From the NCBI GenBank assembly GCA_946613705.1, contig CAMOFU010000001.1, positions 1-32,242 on the forward strand: a stretch of 32,242 bases of DNA. Direction: 5' to 3'. Position 1 is the stretch's first letter; every line of letters begins with the position of its first letter. Shown in pieces: positions 9,704-17,283 of the stretch. The translations under genes were made by a program, and so were the position numbers. The notes beneath the pieces are model-generated. The model was given only the letters and a program-made list of their open reading frames with translations. It did not search any database and was not told where the DNA came from. The stretch comes from an uncultured Clostridia bacterium. GTDB taxonomy: Bacteria > Bacillota > Clostridia > Oscillospirales > Ruminococcaceae.

Positions 9704-9771
9704 ATGTAAAGCCCTCCCTCTTTCTGTCATCTATGTCAATGCAATTGCGTAATTGCCGATACGCTCGGCCG

Positions 9772-11133
9772 CTATGCTTCTATAACATACAGATTATTCG
9801 TTACCTCATCTATCGTCGGTATCAGCTGCTCGCGCTTGTTCGTCGGCAGCAGCACCAGATAATCAAGCTGTCCCGCGCTCGTTATCACCTGATAACCGCT
9901 GAACGTGAATTCCTCGACCTGTGTCTTGGGCACCACCGCGATGCGCATAAGCTCTGTCATCTCGGCATTGATGTCCCCCGCGAACTTGTAGAACACAGTC
10001 TCTCCCGTCACAGTGTCTCTCTTCACGGTAACACTGTCCGCCCAGCGCGAAGGGAACACGAACGTGTAACCGTCAGACACCGCATAGTAGCCCGCGTATT
10101 TCTCCTCCAGCTCGTAGAAATCCTTGTACTGCGTCCACGAGGTCAGCAGCAGCTGTTCCTCGGGCGGAGAATTTTCATATCCCGTCAGCGGACGTGTACA
10201 CGGTATCTCGATTATCCCGTCATGGTCAATATCCGTGCAGTTATAGCCCAAAGGCCGCGTGCAGGCAGGTATCAGCCGTTCGCCTCTGATCTGCATAGGG
10301 TTTTGCAGCGCCGAATAGCGGTAATACACAAGCTCGGTATGCAGCTGCCCCTCGGCATCGACCGCGTCCAGATACAGCGCGTTCCGTCCGTCCGCTACCC
10401 GCCCCGTCAGCGCTCTCGCGTAGGAGCTTACATTGTCGCACATATCTATGCTCTGTGTCAGCGTCACCTCATCGGTCATCTCGCCGTTCTCGTCCTCGGC
10501 CTTGTTCAGCGTCAGCAGCGATGCCGTCGAGGTCGTCAGCCCCGTCTCGGTATTCGTCTGCCGCCTTATCGTCACCAGCTCGTTCGAGCCGTCCGAGGTA
10601 ATATCAAGCGTTTCAAGCACCGAATAGCTGCTCGTGCCTATGCGCTTGAAGTCCCCGCCGAGATAGCTGTAGATCTCCAGCGCCTTTTCCTCACCCGAAA
10701 GCGTCTGATACCCTACCAGCACATTCAGGTGATTGTCGGCACCCATCTGCGTGATTATCACCTTGTCTACATCGGTGCCCGCGCCCGCTATCTCCTTGAC
10801 CGACTGCCACCTGCCGCTGTCGTCCTTGTCCAGCAGGTTCACCCGCAGACCGTCATCGGTAGTGTCCGAGCCCGTATACTCATAGAACACCAGCGCCTCG
10901 TCCCCCGGCTCGTCGTCGATATTCGCAATGACATAGGCCGAGCGGTTGTCGCCGTTCTTGGGGTATTTGAGCGTAAGGTTATTACCCACTGCGGCAATGA
11001 GCGCTTCGTGTATCTCGCTCTGTTCAGCCGTCAGCTTAGGAGCCGCCAGCAGATTATCAACGCTGAAACTGATCGAGGTACACCCGCTCAGCATCAGCGC
11101 CGCCGCAGCACACGCAGCCGCCCTCCTTATCAC
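9772..11133 (-). CDS. Lipoprotein with FG-GAP/VCBS-like DxDxDG loops
   Basis: Signal peptide with lipobox LSGC; repeats NIDDEPGDEAL, DITSDGSNEL and DIDHDGIIEI. Confidence 0.75.
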   Translation of the reverse strand: MIRRAAACAAAALMLSGCTSISFSVDNLLAAPKLTAEQSEIHEALIAAVGNNLTLKYPKNGDNRSAYVIANIDDEPGDEALVFYEYTGSDTTDDGLRVNLLDKDDSGRWQSVKEIAGAGTDVDKVIITQMGADNHLNVLVGYQTLSGEEKALEIYSYLGGDFKRIGTSSYSVLETLDITSDGSNELVTIRRQTNTETGLTTSTASLLTLNKAEDENGEMTDEVTLTQSIDMCDNVSSYARALTGRVADGRNALYLDAVDAEGQLHTELVYYRYSALQNPMQIRGERLIPACTRPLGYNCTDIDHDGIIEIPCTRPLTGYENSPPEEQLLLTSWTQYKDFYELEEKYAGYYAVSDGYTFVFPSRWADSVTVKRDTVTGETVFYKFAGDINAEMTELMRIAVVPKTQVEEFTFSGYQVITSAGQLDYLVLLPTNKREQLIPTIDEVTNNLYVIEA

Positions 11134-11177
11134 TCGTCATCACCGCCCTGTCGATCAGAAAATTTGCACCATATTAT

Positions 11178-11206
11178 ATTATAACATATCCGACAGCCTT
11201 TTGCAA
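11178..11206 (-). promoter_or_regulatory. Sigma-A promoter of the lipoprotein/two-component operon
   Basis: TTGCAA-17 nt-TATAAT with extended TG. Confidence 0.7.
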
Positions 11207-11241
11207 GCATTATTTACAATTTACATCGGCCAAAAAAATTC

Positions 11242-12459
11242 TTACAGCCCGATCCCGCTGCGGACCGTTTCAAGGCTCACTCCCGCCCTGTCGGCAGCCG
11301 CCGCAAGGTCGTCGTGCTCGGGCTTGACCCTTTTAACGCCGTACCCCTCGGAAGTCTTCACTCGGATATCGCCGTACTGTGTGCCGACCGTTTCGCTGCT
11401 GCGGGAAAGGGTATACCGTCGGCAGCCCCGCTCCCTGATGCCGATAGTCGTCGTATGCCCGAATATCAGCCGCACGATCCCGTCAAGGCTCTCGGGAGTA
11501 CAAAGGCAGGTCAGCTCAAAGGCGGGTCTGCCCTTCTTCATCACTATCGGCGCGGCATATGCGTCCAGCGCTCCTCCGCTTATCAGCTTCTCTATCGCGT
11601 AGCCGACCGCCTCGCCCGTCATATCGTCAACACTGCATACCAGCTCGCATACATCGCTGCTCTTCTCTTCGCTCTCACCGATAAAGGCTCTCACACAGTT
11701 GAGCCGCTCGAACTGCTTCTTACCCAGTCCGCAGCCGATGCCCTCTGTCCTCATCACGGGTCTTTGCCCGAAGCTGTCGGCAAAATGCCTCAGCAGCGCC
11801 GCCCCGGTCGGGGTGCAGAGCTCGCCCTCGATATCCCCCGCGCAGCTCGGGATACCCTCCAGCAGCAGCGCAGTGGCAGGCGCGGGAACGGGCAGTATCC
11901 CGTGCGCACAGTGAACGTGCCCGAAGCCCGTGGTCACAGGCGATACCACTATCCTTTCCGCCCCCAGCCGCTCGATCAGCATACACACCGCACAGATATC
12001 CGTCACCGCATCGAGCGTGCCGACCTCGTGGAAATGTATCTCGCTCACCTCTCTGCCGTGTACCCTGCTCTCCGCCTCGGCTATCAGCCTGTACACCGCC
12101 AGCGCATCGGACTTCACCCTGTCCGAGAGCTTCATGCCCCCGATCAGCCGCTCGATATCCTGCATCGACGTGTGATGATGATGCCCGTGTTCATGCCCGT
12201 GATGATGCTCATGCTCGTGATGGTGCCCGTGACCATGCACATCATGGCTGTGTTCCTCCTCACCGTGTATCTTCACCGAAACAGAGGTCCCGTTGATGCC
12301 CATACTGCCGACCGTCTCGGCGCACACCTCCACTCCCTCGGGAACGACCGCAGCCAGTTCTTCAAAAAAAGCCGCCTTGTCGGGCAGCAGTTCGGAAAGC
12401 GCTGCCGTGAGCATATCCCCCGCAGCGCCCATAGTACATTCGATATATAAGGTCCTCAT
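11242..12459 (-). CDS. larC: Nickel pincer cofactor nickel-insertion protein LarC
   Basis: GAAGDM, His-rich linker, HFHEVG.LDAV.DI, CAHG.LPVPAPAT, ELCTPTGAA, MKKGRP, TTTIGIR and KPEHDD. Confidence 0.95.
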   Translation of the reverse strand: MRTLYIECTMGAAGDMLTAALSELLPDKAAFFEELAAVVPEGVEVCAETVGSMGINGTSVSVKIHGEEEHSHDVHGHGHHHEHEHHHGHEHGHHHHTSMQDIERLIGGMKLSDRVKSDALAVYRLIAEAESRVHGREVSEIHFHEVGTLDAVTDICAVCMLIERLGAERIVVSPVTTGFGHVHCAHGILPVPAPATALLLEGIPSCAGDIEGELCTPTGAALLRHFADSFGQRPVMRTEGIGCGLGKKQFERLNCVRAFIGESEEKSSDVCELVCSVDDMTGEAVGYAIEKLISGGALDAYAAPIVMKKGRPAFELTCLCTPESLDGIVRLIFGHTTTIGIRERGCRRYTLSRSSETVGTQYGDIRVKTSEGYGVKRVKPEHDDLAAAADRAGVSLETVRSGIGL

Positions 12460-13217
12460 TCTTTTCCTCCGATCCTGATGTGATTTATCATGCTTGCCTG
12501 ATACCCCGCTCCGAAGCCGTTGTCGATGTTCACAACGCTCACTCCCGATGCGCAGGAGTTGAGCATACTCAGCAGCGCCGAAACACCGCCGAAGCTCGCA
12601 CCGTAGCCGACGCTTGTGGGCAGCGCGATAACAGGGCAGTCCGCCAGTCCCGCGATAACGCTCGCCAGCGCTCCCTCCATTCCCGCCGCCGCGATCACGA
12701 CCTCGGCCTGCATGATCTCGTCCATATGCGCAAGCAGCCTGTGAATGCCCGCGACCCCGACATCGTATATCCGCTGCACCTCGCTGCCGAAAAACTCAGC
12801 CGTCAGCGCCGCCTCCTCCGCAACGGGGATATCGCCCGTGCCTCCCGTAGCCACAACTATCCTGCCGTGGCCGTCGGGCTGCTTCATACCGCCCGTGATG
12901 CCGAGCTGCGCCGTTTCATAGTATTCAAGCCCCGCGATGTCCAGCGCCTCTGCCTTCTCGGGCGAGAGCCTTGTTATCAGCACCCTCTCCTGCCCGTCCT
13001 CATGCATCGCCCTGACTATCGCTTCTATCTGCCCCGCCGTTTTGGGCGCACCGAAAACGACCTCTCCCGCGCCCGTTCTCACAGCGCGGTGAGTGTCGAT
13101 ATTCGCAAAGCCGAGCTCCCGCACAGGCTGCTGCCTTAGCCTGAGCTCAGCCGCGTCAACAGACAGCTTTCCCCTTGCCACATCCTCAAGCAGAGCGGCA
13201 AGCTCATTTCTATCCAT
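12456..13217 (-). CDS. larB: Nickel pincer cofactor NaAD carboxylase/hydrolase LarB
   Basis: PurE-like: DTHRAVRTG, GTGDIPVAEEA, DVGVAGIHRL, AGMEGAL, PTSVGYG, NSCASG and VNIDNGFGA. Confidence 0.95.
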   Translation of the reverse strand: MDRNELAALLEDVARGKLSVDAAELRLRQQPVRELGFANIDTHRAVRTGAGEVVFGAPKTAGQIEAIVRAMHEDGQERVLITRLSPEKAEALDIAGLEYYETAQLGITGGMKQPDGHGRIVVATGGTGDIPVAEEAALTAEFFGSEVQRIYDVGVAGIHRLLAHMDEIMQAEVVIAAAGMEGALASVIAGLADCPVIALPTSVGYGASFGGVSALLSMLNSCASGVSVVNIDNGFGAGYQASMINHIRIGGKE

Positions 13218-13218
13218 A

Positions 13219-13533
13219 TTATTCCTTCCGTTTAAGAACCGACCGAACGACCTTCTCGGGGTCCTTGACAAGCAGCATCACTACCCATATGATGACCCCC
13301 AGCACGACCACCGACAGCCCCAGAAAAGCATCGTTGAGCATATCCGCGGGCGCAGGACGGAAATACTCGTCCCTCACCTTGAAATACTCCACCGCAGCAT
13401 CAACGAGCCACATCAGCGCCGCACCCCAGAACATCAGCGTCAGCGTTCCGATCTTCAGCTCTCTTGCCCTTCTGCTGGTATACCAGATGACCGTACAGAC
13501 CACAGCTGCGATCGCAGCGATAAGCAGTGTCAT
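13219..13533 (-). CDS. Hypothetical membrane protein (104 aa, about 3 TM)
   Basis: Three hydrophobic segments; 1-nt gaps to both neighbours; similar to 13535-13906. Confidence 0.8.
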   Translation of the reverse strand: MTLLIAAIAAVVCTVIWYTSRRARELKIGTLTLMFWGAALMWLVDAAVEYFKVRDEYFRPAPADMLNDAFLGLSVVVLGVIIWVVMLLVKDPEKVVRSVLKRKE

Positions 13534-13534
13534 T

Positions 13535-13906
13535 TCAGGTCACCTCCGCCGCCGTCTCGGGCTCTTCGTCCTTTGCAAGCTTTCCCGTCACGCCGACTAT
13601 CCCCGCCCACGCGAGGGTCACTGCCGCCGCCATGCCTACGCCGTTCGTCGCCATCTCCGCAAACATCTCCGCAGGCTCCGAAGCCCCCGTCAGGAACGGG
13701 AAGAACGGCGCGATCTCACCGTGCCACAGATGCTCGAATGCCAGCAGCGCCGAGCCGCCCCACAGCATCTTGTTGAGCCACCCAAGCTTCTCCGAGAACC
13801 TGATGCCGACAGGCTTCTTTCCGCTCTTTTCCTCGTTGTGCTTAACTCTCTTGGTCACGATAGTCGTGACCACTGCCTCTGTTGCGGGTACTACAAAACA
13901 AGCCAT
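13535..13906 (-). CDS. Hypothetical membrane protein (123 aa, MACF N-terminus, EHLWH motif)
   Basis: ATG at 13906 after GGAGGT; about three hydrophobic segments. Confidence 0.8.
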   Translation of the reverse strand: MACFVVPATEAVVTTIVTKRVKHNEEKSGKKPVGIRFSEKLGWLNKMLWGGSALLAFEHLWHGEIAPFFPFLTGASEPAEMFAEMATNGVGMAAAVTLAWAGIVGVTGKLAKDEEPETAAEVT

Positions 13907-13921
13907 AACAATACCTCCGTT

Positions 13922-13948
13922 TATCAAATATCAAATATCAATATCAAA
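13922..13948. repeat. Short tandem repeat (TATCAAA x4, one unit 6 bp)
   Basis: Read directly; lies just upstream of the RBS of the MACF gene. Confidence 0.8.
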
Positions 13949-13965
13949 ATAAAAAAATACCATGT

Positions 13966-13991
13966 AAAACAGGGTGCATACCGCGCCCCGA
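13966..13991 (-). terminator. Possible weak terminator after rnz
   Basis: CGGGGCGC-GGTAT-GCACCCTG imperfect stem followed by TTTT. Confidence 0.4.
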
Positions 13992-13997
13992 CAGCTC

Positions 13998-14921
13998 TCA
14001 TTCGCCGTTCAGCAGTATCTTCATTCCGTCGCGGGCACAGGTGACCTCTCGGAACAGCTTTTTCAGCTCCTCCTCATAGAGCCACGGTGCAGAGCAGGCA
14101 GGGCTGTAATGCGTCAGCCACAGCTGCTTGACTTCGGCGCTCTTAGCAAGGCGGCAGGCATCCTGCATGAGCATATGGTGCTTTTTGTCCATATCCTCCT
14201 TCTTGTCCGCATCGCCGTACATTCCCTCGCAGATGAACAGATCGCTCCCCTGCGCGAACCCGACTATCCCGTCGATCGGCAGCGAGTCGGTGCAGTAGGT
14301 GAGCTTTATCGGCGGGCGCTCCCGCAAAGTCACCTGCTCGGTCGTGACCGTCCTTCCGTCCTCGAGCGTTACGCTCCCGCCTGCGTGAAGGGCCTTCCAA
14401 TACTTTACAGGCACTCCCAGTTCCTTCGCCCTCTCGGGCATAAATTCGGGCAGCCGTCCAAGGCTCAGTGAGTAGCCGAGACAGCGCTCCGAATGATCGA
14501 GCGGCAGCGAGCTCACTGTCAGCAGCGGGTCGATATCATCAAGCACGAACGAGCATTCCCTGTCGTTCGGCAGCTCGCCTACCCGCAGCTCGAACGGCAG
14601 CCCTCCGCAGATATTCAGCAGCCCTGCCAGCACTCCGCTCCTGCCCTCGGGCAGAAACACCGTAACAGGCTCCCTCCTGCCGCCGTTTCCCATCGAGAGC
14701 AGCAGCCCGGGCAGACCCGCAACATGGTCGGCGTGCAGATGCGTCAGCAGTATCACATCAATGCGGTTGTGACGGCAGGCGGCTTCTGTCAGCGCGATCT
14801 GCGTCCCCTCACCGCAGTCGATGAGCACTGCGTGTCCTTTATGAAAATAGTAACAGCTCGTCAGCCACCTGTCAGGCAGCGGGAGCATTCCTCCCGTGCC
14901 GATGAGAGTTATCTCGGGCAT
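13998..14921 (-). CDS. rnz: Ribonuclease Z (tRNase Z)
   Basis: GTGGMLP, IDCGEG, THLHADH, exosite arm (AKELGVP...ALHAGGSVTLEDG), EGMY, HM and THYS. Confidence 0.9.
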   Translation of the reverse strand: MPEITLIGTGGMLPLPDRWLTSCYYFHKGHAVLIDCGEGTQIALTEAACRHNRIDVILLTHLHADHVAGLPGLLLSMGNGGRREPVTVFLPEGRSGVLAGLLNICGGLPFELRVGELPNDRECSFVLDDIDPLLTVSSLPLDHSERCLGYSLSLGRLPEFMPERAKELGVPVKYWKALHAGGSVTLEDGRTVTTEQVTLRERPPIKLTYCTDSLPIDGIVGFAQGSDLFICEGMYGDADKKEDMDKKHHMLMQDACRLAKSAEVKQLWLTHYSPACSAPWLYEEELKKLFREVTCARDGMKILLNGE

Positions 14922-14934
14922 ACCATCACCTCAT

Positions 14935-15735
14935 TCATATTGTGAGCACCTCGTTCATGCTCCCCGTCCGATAGCCCTGCAGATCGAGACTGATGTATAC
15001 AAAGCCGAGCTTTTTCAACTCCCGCAGTACCTCCCCGCGCACAGCCAAAAGCTCCGAAAACCGCTCGGGCGGCAGCTCTATCCTCGCCGAGCTCCCGCTC
15101 ACGCGCACCCGCAGCTGCCCGAACCCGAGCCCGCGCAGCAGCTTCTCAGCCCTGCCCACAGCATCGAGCCGTTCGGGGGCAAGCTCCTCGCCGTATGCGA
15201 ACCGCGAGGCAAGGCACGCCATAGACGGCTTATCCGCAGTCGGCAGCCCCAGCTCCCGCGAGAGCGCGCGTATCTCCGCCTTTGTGAACCCGAGCTCCTT
15301 CAGCGGGCTTTTAACGCCCAGCTCCGCCACTGCCCTCATTCCGGGGCGGTGATCGCCCATGTCGTCAAGATTCGTCCCCTCCAGCACGGCAGCCGCACCG
15401 TTTTCCTTCGCTGTGCCGACTATCATACCGAGCAGCCGCTTCTTGCAGATATAGCAGCGCTCAGGCGGATTGAAGCGTATCTCCTCAAGATCGTTATGCT
15501 CAACAAAGAGCTGCCTTATCCCCCGTTCACGGCAGAAGCGCTCCGCCTCAGCGTTCTCATCGGGCGGCATCAGCACCGACCGCGCAGTCACGGCAAATGC
15601 CTCATCTCCGAGCGCATCGTGCGCCGCCGCAAGCAGCAGCGAGGAATCCACCCCGCCCGAAAAAGCAACAGCCGCGCTCCCGAGCGAGCTCAGATATTCC
15701 AGAAGCTGCCGATACCGCCGAGAATCACCGATCAT
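14935..15735 (-). CDS. larE: Nickel pincer cofactor sulfur transferase LarE
   Basis: PP-loop SGGVDS, RCYICK, DDMGDHRPG, KPSMACLASR, QLRVR and DLQGYRTGS. Confidence 0.95.
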   Translation of the reverse strand: MIGDSRRYRQLLEYLSSLGSAAVAFSGGVDSSLLLAAAHDALGDEAFAVTARSVLMPPDENAEAERFCRERGIRQLFVEHNDLEEIRFNPPERCYICKKRLLGMIVGTAKENGAAAVLEGTNLDDMGDHRPGMRAVAELGVKSPLKELGFTKAEIRALSRELGLPTADKPSMACLASRFAYGEELAPERLDAVGRAEKLLRGLGFGQLRVRVSGSSARIELPPERFSELLAVRGEVLRELKKLGFVYISLDLQGYRTGSMNEVLTI

Positions 15736-15764
15736 AAAAATCACCGCCCTACAGGTCTGTAATC

Positions 15765-15793
15765 ATAATAACATATTTTAGCAGCATTGTCAA
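15765..15793 (-). promoter_or_regulatory. Sigma-A promoter of the lar operon
   Basis: TTGACA-17 nt-TATTAT with extended TG. Confidence 0.7.
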
Positions 15794-15883
15794 TTATAAT
15801 TGCACCCCGAAATAATAATATGTACGATCTGCCCATCTCTTCCGCGCAGCAAACACGGCATTTATCAAATGTGTATTTTGCTG

Positions 15884-15912
15884 TTGCAATTTTCCTTCAG
15901 ATGTGGTATAAT
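15884..15912 (+). promoter_or_regulatory. Sigma-A promoter of the DUF951-prfA operon
   Basis: TTGCAA-17 nt-TATAAT with extended TG. Confidence 0.75.
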
Positions 15913-15966
15913 GTATTTTAGTGTCTGTAATTTGTATATCGTAAGTCGGTAAAGGGGTGAGTATGA

Positions 15967-16161
15967 ATGGATATAGAAAAGGGTGATGTCCTGCTGATGA
16001 AGAAAAAGCATCCGTGCGGGGCTGATAAGATGCTCGTGCTGCGCTCGGGTATGGATTTCAAGCTGAGATGCGTCGGCTGCGGAAGAGAGTTCATCATACC
16101 GCGCCTTAAAGCCGAACACAACGTCAAGTCCGTGACAAAGGCAAAGGAAGCCGATTCATAG
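15967..16161 (+). CDS. DUF951 family protein
   Basis: [11 protein letters not shown]...[15 protein letters not shown] signature. Confidence 0.88.
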   Translation: MDIEKGDVLLMKKKHPCGADKMLVLRSGMDFKLRCVGCGREFIIPRLKAEHNVKSVTKAKEADS

Positions 16162-16205
16162 CTGCACCGCCGATCAACATATATTTTTCAGGAGGTGCTT
16201 TAACT

Positions 16206-17282
16206 ATGATCGAAAAGGTAATAGCTTTAGAGGATAAATTCAACGAGATAAACGAGCGGCTGATGCAGCCCGAGACCGTCAGCGACAACAAGCAGTATAC
16301 CGCGCTGATGAAGGAGTATACCTCGCTGTCACCGATCGTTGCGAAATACCGCGAGTATAAGCAGGCAAAGGCAGAGTTCGATGAAGCGGAGGAGCTGCTT
16401 GCCTCGGGCGAGAACGACAGGGAGTTCAAGGAGATGCTCCAGCAGCAGTATACCGAGTCGAAAAAGAAGATCGAGGAGCTCACCGATGAGCTTACGCTGC
16501 TGCTTCTGCCGAAGGATCCCAACGACGAAAAGAACGTTATCGTCGAGATCAGGGCAGGCGCAGGCGGCGAGGAGGCGGCGCTGTTCGCAGGGTCGCTATA
16601 CCGTATGTATTCGCTGTATGCCGCCGCCAAGGGCTGGAATACCGAGCTGCTGAACGTCAGCGCGACCGAGCTCGGCGGATATAAGGAGATAAGCTTCATG
16701 ATCGAGGGCGCGGGCGCATACTCGCGGCTCAAATACGAAAGCGGCGTACACCGCGTACAGCGTGTGCCCGAAACAGAGTCTCAGGGGCGTATACACACCT
16801 CTACCGTGACCGTCGCAGTGCTGCCCGAGGCGGAGGACGTGGAGCTCGAGATAAACGATAAGGATCTGAAGATCGATGTGTTCCGCTCATCGGGCGCGGG
16901 CGGGCAGCATATAAACAAGACCTCCTCGGCGATACGCATTACTCATCTGCCGACGGGTATGGTCGTCGAGTGTCAGGACGAGCGCTCGCAGTACAAGAAC
17001 AAGGATAAGGCGATGAAGGTGCTGCGCTCGCGGCTGCTTGAAAGAGAACAGGCAGCACACGACGATAAGATCGCGTCCGAGCGCCGCTCTCAGGTCGGCA
17101 CGGGCGACCGCTCGGAGAGGATACGCACATATAATTTCCCCGAGAGCCGTGTCTCCGATCACCGCATCGGGCTCACGCTCTATAAGCTCGACAGTATCCT
17201 CGGCGGCAGCCTCGACGAGATAATCGACGCGCTGGCGACCGCAGATCAGGCAGAAAAACTTGCATCACAGGAAGAGACTTGA
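16206..17282 (+). CDS. prfA: Peptide chain release factor 1
   Basis: GGQ motif, RVPET (PxT anticodon), GGEEAALFA and [10 protein letters not shown]. Confidence 0.98.
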   Translation: MIEKVIALEDKFNEINERLMQPETVSDNKQYTALMKEYTSLSPIVAKYREYKQAKAEFDEAEELLASGENDREFKEMLQQQYTESKKKIEELTDELTLLLLPKDPNDEKNVIVEIRAGAGGEEAALFAGSLYRMYSLYAAAKGWNTELLNVSATELGGYKEISFMIEGAGAYSRLKYESGVHRVQRVPETESQGRIHTSTVTVAVLPEAEDVELEINDKDLKIDVFRSSGAGGQHINKTSSAIRITHLPTGMVVECQDERSQYKNKDKAMKVLRSRLLEREQAAHDDKIASERRSQVGTGDRSERIRTYNFPESRVSDHRIGLTLYKLDSILGGSLDEIIDALATADQAEKLASQEET

Positions 17283-17283
17283 T

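Noticed and set aside
9734-9757. TTGACA and a GCAATTGCGTAATTGC near-palindrome upstream of the response regulator
   Set aside because: No -10 element at a suitable spacing; cannot support a promoter or operator call.
11211-11227. TTTACAA-TTTACAT direct repeat as an OmpR/WalR-type box
   Set aside because: The period is 7 bp rather than the 10-11 bp expected for OmpR-family tandem sites.
15865-16127. Short minus-strand ORFs over DUF951 and its promoter
   Set aside because: Antisense to a conserved gene and promoter, with no motif or RBS support.
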